Below are positions 29,501 through 37,058 of a DNA stretch of 64,000 nt, piece after piece (positions within the stretch are counted from its first letter, which is position 1; each line of letters opens with the position of its first letter). The notes beneath the pieces are model-generated. The model did no database searches, was not told the origin of the DNA, and was given only the letters and a program-made list of their open reading frames with translations. Made by a program: the position numbers and the translations under genes. The DNA comes from a virus: the IMG/VR virus record IMGVR_UViG_3300032288_002811, positions 13,391 to 77,390 of that record; one strand, 5' to 3'.

Positions 29501-31373
29501 ATGAACCTGATGTTACTGCTTTGTCATCTGCCGTGTTGGCTGCCGTAAAAGCACCGTTGGCATACGAAGAACCAGAATTTGCAGTATAACTTGGTGTGTT
29601 GGCTTGTAAGAAAGCAGAGTTGGCATATGAACCTACTGTATTTGCTTTATCATATGCTGAGTTTGCATATTCACCAGCTGAATTTGCTTTACTGTATCCG
29701 GAGTTAGCATATACACCAGCAGAATTGGCTGCAACGAAAGCACCATTAGCATAAATGTCTGCTGAGTTTGCTGTGTAACTTGGAGTATTAGCCTGTAAGA
29801 AGGCCGCATTTGCATAGACACCAGAAGTATTTGCAGTATCGAAAGCTGAATTGGCATATCTGCCAGCAGCTTCACTTAACAATGCTGTATTAGCTATTGC
29901 AAAGGCAGCATTAGCATATGAACTTGCTGAGTTTGCTGTGTAACTAGGAGTGTTTGCTTGTAAGAAGGCCGCATTTGCATATACAGATGCAGAATTTGCA
30001 ACATCAAATCCTGAATTAGCATATGAACTTGCTGAATTGGATGTGGTAAATGCACCGTTAGCATAAACAGATGCTGAATTAGCAACACTAAATCCAGAGT
30101 TAGCATATGAACCAGCAGTTACTGCTTTAGCATCAGCAACATTGGCAGCACCAAATGCACCATTAGCATATACAGAACCAGAATTTGCGGTATAACTAGG
30201 AGTATTGGCTTGTAAGAAGGCACCGTTTGCATATACATCAGCTGAGTTGGCAGTATAACTTGGTGTATTAGCTTGTAAGAACGCTACATTTGCGTGTCTA
30301 TAAGCAGAGTTAGCATACACATCAGCTGAATTTGCGGTGTAACTTGGAGTATTAGCTTGTAAATATGCAGCGTTAGAATTTGTGAACGCATTGGTTACAT
30401 AACCATATACATCAACACCATTGATAGTTACATAATTTGCAATTACATTTGATTTAATTGTGTTGGCATAAACGTTTGCATATTTAAAACTTGCATCAGT
30501 TATATCAATATTATTTCCAGGTCCAACTTCTGGAGTGTAATTTTCAAAGAACATCCATTCTTTGCGGTCAGAATCTCTGATAATACCTGTATGAGCATTA
30601 ACAGAATCTTTGTAATGTCCGATAAGACCAATGTCAACTACGTCAGAAGTGTAATTACCATTCGCTAAGTATATTAAAGGATCATTTAAAATGATACTAG
30701 TTGTATTGATTGTGGTAGTGTTACCCAATACAAGTAGGTTACCAGTAATTGTTGTGTCACGTGTAACAAATAAATCTCTACCAACAGTTAAATCATTGGT
30801 GATTGTACCGCCTACTATAGGCAACGCAGCATTAGCAACTGCAAAAGCACCGTTTGCATATGATGCAGCTGAATTGGCAGTATAACTTGGTGTATTGGCT
30901 TGCAAGAATGCTGAGTTGGCATAAGAACCAGCTGCATTTGCTTTATCGAATGCTGAGTTGGCGTATACACTTGCTGAGTTAGCATCAACATAAGCCGAAT
31001 TGGCATAAGAACCAGCAGCATTTGCTTTTACATATGCAGAATTGGCATATACACCTGCTGAGTTTGCGGTAGTGAAAGCACCGTTGGCATATCTGCCAGC
31101 AGCTTCACTCAACATTGCTGTGTTAGCTACAGAGAAAGCAGAATTGGCATAATCACCAGCAGAATTCGCTGCAATGAATGCAGAATTTGCTTGTACAAAT
31201 ACTTGACCTTGTTGGTCTACATAAAATTGGCCACCAATAGTGTGTACACCATTAACAGTATCACCAATGAATAATTTTTGAGATGTATTTGAATAGGCCG
31301 CTTCACCAACATTAAGTGATGGTGGTACATCTGTTGCATTGGACCATTTTAATTGAATTACTGTATTTGCCAT
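20541..31373 (-). CDS. Giant fibre protein, 3610 aa, mostly Ala/Asn heptad repeats interrupted by globular modules
   Basis: Single uninterrupted 10.8 kb ORF; N-terminus IQLKWS...PPSLNVGEAAYS...KLFIGD (gp37-N-like); four knob modules and two FADGTTQNTA modules; ends YVDCGELT. Confidence 0.8.
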   Translation of the reverse strand: MANTVIQLKWSNATDVPPSLNVGEAAYSNTSQKLFIGDTVNGVHTIGGQFYVDQQGQVFVQANSAFIAANSAGDYANSAFSVANTAMLSEAAGRYANGAFTTANSAGVYANSAYVKANAAGSYANSAYVDANSASVYANSAFDKANAAGSYANSAFLQANTPSYTANSAASYANGAFAVANAALPIVGGTITNDLTVGRDLFVTRDTTITGNLLVLGNTTTINTTSIILNDPLIYLANGNYTSDVVDIGLIGHYKDSVNAHTGIIRDSDRKEWMFFENYTPEVGPGNNIDITDASFKYANVYANTIKSNVIANYVTINGVDVYGYVTNAFTNSNAAYLQANTPSYTANSADVYANSAYRHANVAFLQANTPSYTANSADVYANGAFLQANTPSYTANSGSVYANGAFGAANVADAKAVTAGSYANSGFSVANSASVYANGAFTTSNSASSYANSGFDVANSASVYANAAFLQANTPSYTANSASSYANAAFAIANTALLSEAAGRYANSAFDTANTSGVYANAAFLQANTPSYTANSADIYANGAFVAANSAGVYANSGYSKANSAGEYANSAYDKANTVGSYANSAFLQANTPSYTANSGSSYANGAFTAANTADDKAVTSGSYANAAFSFANTLSTGSATDGIARDAAASAAAYANSGFGAANVTASYANAAFLQANTPSYTANSASVYANGAFDAANTADTKAVNSGTYANAAFLQANTPSYTANSASVYANSAYDKANAAFLQANTPSYRANSASVYANGASIQANAAFLQANTPSYTANSAASYANGSFGAANSAAAYANSAFIYANSAFDKANAAATPSGYVPGSVLYANSTGYLTSVADFSYITSNSTLYVAGNVITGNIAGTVANTTLVTNGYITLFDVTGKTTFPNLIQFADGTTQNTAFVPGVATSAATYANGAFIQANAAFLKANTPDYVANSASAYANGAFLQANTPSYVANSAAVYANGAFTAANTADTKAINSGAYANSGFDAANSSSAYANSAFGAANTADVKAVTSGSYANSGFNVANSASVYANGAFTSSNIADAKAVTAGSYANSSFGIANSASSYANGAFLQANTPSYVANSAAVYANGAFIVANTVASASSYANSGFISANSASVYANAAFLQANTPSNVANSAALYANGAFVAANSSGEYANAAFAAANSAAGAASAAIYANGAFTAANTADAKAVTAGSYANSAFTTANNALPKSGGTVVGDVTITGSLVINGTTTTVNAETIITSDSLIKLAGNNTVSDSFDIGFYGVSKTTGSAGPTYHGLVRQAASNNFLLFQGLSQDPSGNVLAAGSADAANVATLIANVSGYSITSNGVDLYAYTTSAYTQANTATNNASGSSNYANSAFTTANSSSVYANSAYGKANVTGSYANSAFDASNIAYNTAVTVGTYANAAFLQANTPSDVANSASSYANGAFTAANTADTKAVNSGTYANGAFDSANSSGVYANSAFGAANTADTKAVTSGSYANSAFDSANSSGVYANSAFGAANTADTKAVTSGVYANASFIVANSASVYANGAFLQANTPSYTANSASVYANSAFDSANSSGVYANSAFAGANTADDKAVTSGTYANSAFVVANSAGVYANSSFAGANTADAKAVTSGVYANAAYDQANTATNNASGASLYANSAYASANATDAKTTTTGLYANSAFAGANTADAKAVTAGSYANAAFLQANTPSNVANSAALYANGAFVAANSSGVYANSGFNQANTSATNALSAGSYANSSFTTANIASDIASSASTYANASFIQANASFVVANTIASVSSYANSAFLSANTPSDVANSAALYANAAFVQANTPSDVANSASTYANGAFIQANAAFLQANTPSYTANSGSVYANGAFTAANTADTKATSAGSYANSAFLAANNATDPWVRTQANSAFTAANSSGVYANSAFAGANTADDKAVTAGSYANSAFGASNIAYNTTITVGTYANAAFLQANTPSDVANSSAIYANGAFAAANNATDPWVRTQANSAFVAANSSGVYANSAFAAANNATDPWVRTQANSAFVAANSSGVYANSAYDQANTATTNAATADAKAVTAGAYANGAFLQANTPSYTANSASSYANSAFTTANNALPKSGGSITGDLSVTGNLNILGNTTTISTQVIVANDSLIILGTGNYTADILDIGFASHYNDGTNAHAGLIRDAGTKEWQLFEGYTPEITANNNIDINDASFKIATLNANLHSTTILVKGIDLLPYVNNSYAAANTADAKATSAGSYANASFVVANTVASVSVYANGAFTAANSSGVYANSAYTASNTADAKAVTSGSYANSAFAGANTADTKATSAGSYANSAFLSANTPSDVANSAAIYANASFTTANTADAKAVTAGAYANAAYAAANSAAGASSAALYANGAFDAANSSGVYANSAFAGANTADDKATSASVYANSAYTSANASGVYANAAFLAANNATDPWVRTQANSAFVAANSSGVYANSAYTSANTADTKATSAGSYANAAFAVANSETKAVTAGTYANAAFLQANTPSYIANSAAVYANGAFTAANSSGVYANSAYVRANNSINANTGGTITGSLTVTGNVITDNVVGTLANTTITTNGYITLFDTTGKTTFPNLIQFADGTTQNTAFVPNAVTSAALYANGAFIQANAAFLQANTPSNVANSAALYANGAFAAANSETKAVTAGSYANSAFDKANTATTDAATADAKAVTAGAYANAAYAAANSASGATSAGVYANGAFTAANTADNKAVTSGSYANGAFDSANSSGVYANSAYTSANTADTKATSAGSYANGAFTAANTADAKAVTSGTYANAAFGAANTSDTKATSAGVYANGSFTAANSSGEYANTAFAGANTADAKAVTSGSYANSGFTTANAASSYANSAFTNANTADTKATSAGVYANSAFSSANTADSKAVTAGTYANSAFGASNIAYNTAVTVGDYANSAFITANSSGVYANASFSSANSAGVYANSAFLAANTPSYRANSSASYANGAFVQANAAFLAANTPSNVANSAALYANAAFLAANTPSDVANSAALYANSAFDSANVADAKAVTSGVYANAAFLQANTPSYTANSGATYANGAFTAANTADTKATSAGVYANSGFSKANTATTNAATADAKAVTAGSYANSAYALANNALNANTGGTVTGDVSITGNLVVTGTTTYTNTSVVLIADNIITLNAGVDQNGEPLVDAGIEIDRGVQPNSQLLWVETAGKWSASNGNTSFYIGSDSAESYANGAFTKANAAFLTANTPSNVANSASLYANGAFTQANNVIAASSYANSAFLQANTPSYTANSAAVYANGAFTKANASFIQANAAFLAANTPSNVANSAALYANSAFAQANNVIAAGEYANAAFLAANTPSYTANSADIYANGAFDTANSSGVYANSAYVVANTADVKATSAGSYANSAFLTANNATDPWVRTQANAAFLQANTPSYVANSAASYANAAFLVANTIVSASSYANSAYIKANTADSKATSAGSYANAAFAAANTGGTSTDSWARNQANAAFGVANSAYSLAGVADGNANSAASDAAFAITSACTAQEYATTSGSYANSAFEKANAAFFTANTASGGGTGGGFPYLDMGLIDDAVTIGFYVDCGELT

Positions 31374-31399
31374 ATTTTATTTGTTCTGGTGCATTCTTT

Positions 31400-31407
31400 T
31401 ATTTATC
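31400..31407 (-). promoter_or_regulatory. Late promoter variant (GATAAATA)
   Basis: In the intergenic gap upstream of 31373. Confidence 0.55.
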
Positions 31408-31424
31408 TTATTTGGTGGCAACTA

Positions 31425-31982
31425 TTAGAAAGTTCCACCATTAATTACATTTAAACCAATTTCACCAATATATCTGTAACCAGTAATAAAAACTACTTTA
31501 CCAGTTAATGCTGATGGTATTGTACCACCAATAAAATTTAAAACTCCAGATTGATAATCAAAAAACCATTCACCTACACCCGCAATACCAGAATCAAACA
31601 TCTGTGTGCCTGTTGCAACAGGATTCGATGCACCAGAACTGTCTGCATACACAGAGACAAAGTATGATGAACCAAATTCTGGTGTGATCCAATCAGTCAG
31701 GTTAGTCTTCCATGTTGGATACACTCCACCAACAGCCGTAGATGTACCATCCGCAACACATTGTATTCTATCTGTGCCTTGATATCCTTGTACAATACCA
31801 ACTACAGATGATGCTGTGGCAGGTATAAAACTGGCTTGAGTCCAAATTTTATCACCACGATTAATTGTTGGACTGGCAATAGTTTCATTACTTGCACTCT
31901 TATTTGTTGATGTGTCTGTTTTAGTAACACCAAAAAGTTTTTTATAAAGTAAATCAACTTTTGAGGAATCTGATACTGCCAT
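31425..31982 (-). CDS. Hypothetical virion/connector protein, 185 aa
   Basis: Tightly packed between fibre genes; KVDLLYKK, EWFFDYQSGVLNF, GYRYIG; ends INGGTF. Confidence 0.7.
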   Translation of the reverse strand: MAVSDSSKVDLLYKKLFGVTKTDTSTNKSASNETIASPTINRGDKIWTQASFIPATASSVVGIVQGYQGTDRIQCVADGTSTAVGGVYPTWKTNLTDWITPEFGSSYFVSVYADSSGASNPVATGTQMFDSGIAGVGEWFFDYQSGVLNFIGGTIPSALTGKVVFITGYRYIGEIGLNVINGGTF

Positions 31983-34382
31983 TTAGTTACTCGCTGTCTG
32001 CAAAGATAATGCGGTCACAGTTTGACCACTTGTTAATTTAATTCTAACATAAATTTCATTGGTCAATCCTGGATCCGAACTAGATACAGTACCAAATGTA
32101 CAAGTTTTTCTGTGGTTAGTTACTGCTGAATTTAATGTGACTACACCACCCAATGCACAACCACTTGATGGTACACCTGCACCACTATATGCAGTTGCCA
32201 TACTGACCCAACCATTTGTTGCACCTGCAGATGTATCTATGGCACTACCTGGTACTGCAACCCAAAGGCCAGCAATCGTACCTGTAAATTGAATATCAAA
32301 TTTAGATACAGATGTTCTTATAAATCTAAATGTAAAGTATTGTGCAGAACTTCTTCCTGAACTTAGGTCTGGACCTGCAGGTAAATAACCTGTAGAATAG
32401 TTTGTCTGGTCATGTTTTAATATCGCAGCAACCATTGTTGCGTCATATACTTGTAATGTTCCATTTTGGCTATCGAACAATGTTGCATTTGGGAATTGTA
32501 CAGGATTGTCTGTAGAACCAGGATTAATAATTCTTGATGCCGTGCCGGAACCTGTACCAACAGTAGAACCAAAAGTAACAGCAGATTCTTCCATGGAATT
32601 GCCTGTTCCTGTTTTATAAAGAACTGTATTGGCCAATGCTGATGTGAATGCTTGTGTACCTGTTGCATAACTATTATCTACTGTAACACTTGGACCAGTT
32701 GATGATGAACCAAAACCAGATATAATTGTAGATGTTGTATTTACAGTAACGGAGCCAGAGGACACATATAAATTTTGTACCAAAGGAAATGTTATACCAA
32801 CAGTTGGATATGTGTTACTAGAAGGTGCAGCAAATGCACCACCAGCAGTACCGGTAAAAAATGTATTGCTTGTTGGGAACATATCACCACTCAATTTAGA
32901 TACGTTAACACCCAATCTAAATGTAGATGAACTATTATAGTGTGGTACTGTACTTGAATATGTCAATGATGGAGATAGAGGTACAATACTTGCTGAAGTA
33001 AATGTTGGTGTACCTGGAGATGATGCATCATAATACCAAGATGCAGTAGAAGTTGTACCTGCACCAGAATGTGTAAGATAAACTTCATTCCATCCAGATG
33101 ATACACTACCTGAACCTTGAACTGTAAATATTCTCCAAAAGCCTGCAGCACCACCAGAAACAGTAGAGTAATCTTTACTTTGTGAAATAACTAAATCACT
33201 ATAACTACCGTTAGCACTTGATGTTGTGAAACTTACACTACCTGATATCGTACTATTTTTATAGAGTCTGAGTGTACCAGAATCGCCTGGTCCAAAGTTA
33301 CTAAAAAGATTTGTTGAGTATGAAGCCGTTCTGAGAACTGTACTAACAGTTGCACCACCAGAAACATTTCTGGCACTTGAAGTTCTGTCCGTTTGTATAA
33401 AATTTGTCATACGATATGTTGACAAACTATTAATACTTAAAGATGTTCCAGTAGGGAATGCTGGCGGCGATGCAGGTACTAGTTTACCTAACACATTGTT
33501 TAATAGTGCTATACCATCTGTAATTTTTGTTGTTGTTGTAAGTGTCACCGCATTACTTACCAATTGACCAACTGTGTTTGAACCTAAATCAGCAGTAGCA
33601 CCAGTAATTGTTGCTGAAACTCCACTAGCTAAATCATAAGCAGTATTTGCAACATCAAAAGCCGAATTGGCATAAACACTACCAGAATTAGCAGTATCAA
33701 ATGCACCGTTAGCATAAATGTCTGCTGAGTTGGCAGTATAACTTGGAGTATTTGCTTGTAGAAAAGCATAAGCAGCTGATGTAAATGCAGAATTGGCTAC
33801 ACCAAATGCTGAGTTGGCATAACTAGATGCAGAGTTTGCTACATAATCTGGTGTATTGGCTTTTAAGAATGCAGCGTTTGCTTGTATAAATGCACCATTA
33901 GCATACAACGCAGCAGAGTTTGCTGTATAAATTGGTGTGTTGGCTTTTAAGAAAGCTGCATTAGCATAACTTGCAGCAGAATTGGATGTACTGAATGCTG
34001 TGTTGGCATACAGACTGGCACCAGCCGCATTGTTTGTTGCTGTGTTTGCTTGGTCATAAGCAGAATTAGCATACACGCCAGCAGAATTGGCTGCAATAAA
34101 AGAAGAATTTGCTTGTAAATAAGATGCATTTGAATATGCATATGGTGCAGCAGCAGTAAACTGTTTTGTTCCATCAGCCAAGAATGTAACATTTGAGAAT
34201 TCTCCATTGGCTGCAGCCTTGGATGCAACTAGACTTACTGCATTATTGGTGTCTAAGTAAAATAATTTACCATCAACAATATTAATAGCAACTTCACCGG
34301 CAACAAGCGAGCTCGCCAGAGGTAATGTACCTCCGGTATTAGAATAGAATAGTTGAATTGCTGTTGAATTGGCTTGTGCCAT
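31983..34382 (-). CDS. Fibre protein, 799 aa, with T4 gp37-like N-terminal domain and large Ser/Thr-rich beta C-terminal region
   Basis: IQLFYSNTGGTLPLASSLVAGEVAINIVDGKLFY resembles the T4 gp37 N-terminus (IQFKRSK.AG.RPAASVLAEGELAINL.D..IF); short heptad block follows. Confidence 0.75.
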   Translation of the reverse strand: MAQANSTAIQLFYSNTGGTLPLASSLVAGEVAINIVDGKLFYLDTNNAVSLVASKAAANGEFSNVTFLADGTKQFTAAAPYAYSNASYLQANSSFIAANSAGVYANSAYDQANTATNNAAGASLYANTAFSTSNSAASYANAAFLKANTPIYTANSAALYANGAFIQANAAFLKANTPDYVANSASSYANSAFGVANSAFTSAAYAFLQANTPSYTANSADIYANGAFDTANSGSVYANSAFDVANTAYDLASGVSATITGATADLGSNTVGQLVSNAVTLTTTTKITDGIALLNNVLGKLVPASPPAFPTGTSLSINSLSTYRMTNFIQTDRTSSARNVSGGATVSTVLRTASYSTNLFSNFGPGDSGTLRLYKNSTISGSVSFTTSSANGSYSDLVISQSKDYSTVSGGAAGFWRIFTVQGSGSVSSGWNEVYLTHSGAGTTSTASWYYDASSPGTPTFTSASIVPLSPSLTYSSTVPHYNSSSTFRLGVNVSKLSGDMFPTSNTFFTGTAGGAFAAPSSNTYPTVGITFPLVQNLYVSSGSVTVNTTSTIISGFGSSSTGPSVTVDNSYATGTQAFTSALANTVLYKTGTGNSMEESAVTFGSTVGTGSGTASRIINPGSTDNPVQFPNATLFDSQNGTLQVYDATMVAAILKHDQTNYSTGYLPAGPDLSSGRSSAQYFTFRFIRTSVSKFDIQFTGTIAGLWVAVPGSAIDTSAGATNGWVSMATAYSGAGVPSSGCALGGVVTLNSAVTNHRKTCTFGTVSSSDPGLTNEIYVRIKLTSGQTVTALSLQTASN

Positions 34383-34415
34383 TGTTACCTTACTCTTATA
34401 TAATTGTTATTTTAT

Positions 34416-34423
34416 TATTTAGA
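34416..34423 (-). promoter_or_regulatory. Late promoter variant (TCTAAATA)
   Basis: Overlaps the upstream stop codon, ahead of 34382. Confidence 0.5.
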
Positions 34424-36836
34424 ACGTGCCACCAGAAATCAGATTCGCTCGAAGTGTTCCACCCAATATTACATTACCCGATACACCAATACCACCAACT
34501 ATAACCATTGTACCTGTATCTGTTGCCGTTGAATTAACATTTGAATTTGCAATTAATTGTCCAAAATTACCTACACTTGCACCACCTGAACCAGATACAC
34601 TAAATGTTGCACCCGTATCACTTGTTAATGATATTGCACCACCTTCAGCAGAAATCTCTGCACCACCCAAATCAATAGTGTTACCAGCAAGAAACAGTTT
34701 ACGCCAACGTCTTGTTGGACTGCCTAAATCGTAACTGATATTTGCAGAAGGTAAGATATGACCGGCATATGTATTAGCCTGTATAATTACCTGACCTTGT
34801 AATGTTAAAGCACCACTAACTGTACCACCAGTTTTTGGTAAAGCAGCATCAGCAAGATTATAAGCAGAATTGGCTTGAAGAAATGATGAGTTGGCGTATG
34901 ATGCAGATGAGTTTGCTGTATAACTTGGTGTGTTAGCTTGAATGAAAGCTGCATTGGCTGTACTGAATGAAGCATTTGCTTGTCTGAATGCACCATTAGC
35001 ATAATTTGATGCCGAATTGGCCGAAACAAAAGCCCCGTTGGCATATGTTCCACCAGAAACTCCAGTGGATGAGGCTGCATTGGCTGCGTCAAATGCTGTG
35101 TTGGCTTGTGTTCGAACCCATGTATCTACAGCACTATTAGCAGCTGCAAAGGCCGCATTGGCGTATATGCCAGAAGAATTGGCTGCAACAAAAGCACCGT
35201 TAGCATATAATGCTGCTGAGTTGGCAACATTACTTGGTGTATTGGCTTGTAGGAAAGCCGCATTTGCTTGTACAAAAGCACCGTTAGCATAAACACTAGC
35301 TGCTGTAGTATTATTTGCTGCAATGAATGCCGCATTTGCTTGTACAAAAGCACCATTCGCATACAACGCAGCTGAGTTAGCAACATTACTTGGTGTGTTA
35401 GCAGTTAAGAAAGCACCGTTGGCGTATACACCAGCGGATGCAGCTGTATTAGCAACAACAAACGCAGCATTAGCATATGAACTTACTGAATTTGATGTAG
35501 TAAATGCACCATTAGCATATAATGCAGCCGAGTTAGCAACATTACTTGGAGTATTTGCTTGTAGGAAAGCGGCATTCGCTTGTACGAAAGCACCGTTAGC
35601 ATATAATGCAGCTGAGTTGGCAACATTGCTTGGTGTATTGGCTTGCAAGAAGGCCGCATTAGCATATACACCAGATGAATTAGCTGCATCAAATGCTGAA
35701 TTTGAATTTAAGAAAGCCGCATTAGCATAAACACCAGAAGAATTAGCAGCAACAAATGCAGAATTTGCTTTTATAAAAGCAAGATTGGCTGTATTAAAAG
35801 AGGATGTTATGTGTGAATATGCATTTATTCCATTTATAGTTGCATATTCAGCAATTAAATTACCTTTAAATACATTTGAATAAACGTTGGCATATGAAAA
35901 TGATGGATGAGCAAGGTCAATTAAGTTATTACCTTCAACTTCAGGTGTATATCCTTGAAAGAAAATCCATTCTTTTCTGTTTGGATCTCTAAAAATACCT
36001 GTGTGAGCATTAGATCCAGAATTATAATTACCAATAATACCAATGTCAACTGCATCACTGCTGTAATTATTACTACCCAAATATATTAAAGTATCGGTTA
36101 CTGTAACGCTTTGTGTACTAATTGTTGTACTATTACCAAAAACAATCAAGTTACCAGAAACTGTAAGGTCATTTGTTACATTTAATGAACCTGAAACTGT
36201 ACCACCAGTAGCTAATGATGTAGTATTTGCTTTATCAAACGCACCTTGTGCAAGGTTTGTTGCAGATGTAATATTGGTATTTTGTGTTGTATTAACACCT
36301 TGTAACAATATAATATTATTTGATGCGGTATTGGCTGTGTCAAACGCAGCGTTTGCTTGTGCAAAAGCAAAAACAGCCAAACCTGCACCGTTGGCAGTAT
36401 TGTATGCAGCTTGTGCTAATGCTGATGCTGAATTGGCCGCACCAAATGCAGAGTTGGCATATATGCCTACTGTTACAGAATTATTTGCATTCGTATTTGC
36501 TTGTAAGAAAGCTGCATTAGCTTTAGTAAATGCACCATTTGCTTGGTTGAAAGCAGCATTTGCGCCTGCCCATGCAAGACTTAAATTACCTGTAGAACCC
36601 GCTGAATTAGCAGTATTGAATGCAGCCTGTGCTAATGTAGTAGCAGTATTGGCCTGTGTATATGCATTTATACCAGTTGCCACCGCTGTGGCACCACCAA
36701 TGGTAATTACATTACCATATTGATTACCAATATAAAATGTATTTGCTAAAAATGAGTAAGCTAATGCGCCATCTTGTAAAAAAGTCGGTGCAGTATTAGC
36801 ATACGACCTTAATATCTGTACACTTGTATTTGACAT
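34419..36836 (-). CDS. Fibre protein, 805 aa
   Basis: N-terminal VQILRSY...PTFLQDGALAYS...FYIGN, heptad repeats, knob module, ILPSANISYDLGSPTRRWRKLFL; ends ISGGTF. Confidence 0.75.
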   Translation of the reverse strand: MSNTSVQILRSYANTAPTFLQDGALAYSFLANTFYIGNQYGNVITIGGATAVATGINAYTQANTATTLAQAAFNTANSAGSTGNLSLAWAGANAAFNQANGAFTKANAAFLQANTNANNSVTVGIYANSAFGAANSASALAQAAYNTANGAGLAVFAFAQANAAFDTANTASNNIILLQGVNTTQNTNITSATNLAQGAFDKANTTSLATGGTVSGSLNVTNDLTVSGNLIVFGNSTTISTQSVTVTDTLIYLGSNNYSSDAVDIGIIGNYNSGSNAHTGIFRDPNRKEWIFFQGYTPEVEGNNLIDLAHPSFSYANVYSNVFKGNLIAEYATINGINAYSHITSSFNTANLAFIKANSAFVAANSSGVYANAAFLNSNSAFDAANSSGVYANAAFLQANTPSNVANSAALYANGAFVQANAAFLQANTPSNVANSAALYANGAFTTSNSVSSYANAAFVVANTAASAGVYANGAFLTANTPSNVANSAALYANGAFVQANAAFIAANNTTAASVYANGAFVQANAAFLQANTPSNVANSAALYANGAFVAANSSGIYANAAFAAANSAVDTWVRTQANTAFDAANAASSTGVSGGTYANGAFVSANSASNYANGAFRQANASFSTANAAFIQANTPSYTANSSASYANSSFLQANSAYNLADAALPKTGGTVSGALTLQGQVIIQANTYAGHILPSANISYDLGSPTRRWRKLFLAGNTIDLGGAEISAEGGAISLTSDTGATFSVSGSGGASVGNFGQLIANSNVNSTATDTGTMVIVGGIGVSGNVILGGTLRANLISGGTF

Positions 36837-37054
36837 TAGAAAAACCCAACATCAACTACTACATCGGCTGCGGATGCTGGTGCAACAGCAAAACTGTTTG
36901 TGTTTGCTCTGTATACAATAGAATATCCATCCTGAGCACCAGCCAGACTTAAATCGGAAGCACTTTTGATTGTTCTGGTACCATATTGAATGGCTGTAAC
37001 AGATGGATTAGGTTGACCTACGGTTACTCTGATGTTTGCTGGTGATGTTGCCAT
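36836..37054 (-). CDS. Small hypothetical virion/connector protein, 72 aa
   Basis: Stop overlaps the next ATG (TAATG); ends VVVDVGFF. Confidence 0.65.
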   Translation of the reverse strand: MATSPANIRVTVGQPNPSVTAIQYGTRTIKSASDLSLAGAQDGYSIVYRANTNSFAVAPASAADVVVDVGFF

Positions 37055-37058
37055 TTTA

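Larger units (their letters stand above)
10120..36670 (-). repeat. Dispersed coding repeat family: 21-bp / 7-aa Ala-Asn heptads (ANSAFLQ, ANTPSYT, ANSAASY, ANGAFTA, ANTADAK, AVTAGSY)
   Basis: Hundreds of copies in six genes here, plus 48600-49160; recurring + strand words gagttggcata / ttagcatatg. Confidence 0.95.

Noticed and set aside
20541-31373. Ice-nucleation or antifreeze protein
   Set aside because: Repeats do not match the INP 16-mer (AGYGSTxTA) or the 11-residue Thr periodicity of type I AFP; period is 7 and the context is virion structural.
20541-31373. Tape measure protein
   Set aside because: It has a fibre-type N-terminus and internal knob modules shared with the other fibres; the better tape-measure candidate follows gp26/gp51 at 63575.
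10073-36723. Dozens of short + strand ORFs (AELAYEPA...-type) and alternative-frame - strand ORFs (MLTxHL...-type)
   Set aside because: They are shadows of the Ala/Asn/Ser codon repeats in the long fibre genes; they are nested entirely within those genes and have no independent signals.
9712-36836. Possible CRISPR array or non-coding repeat array
   Set aside because: Repeats are in-frame, vary at third codon positions and have no constant repeat/unique spacer structure.
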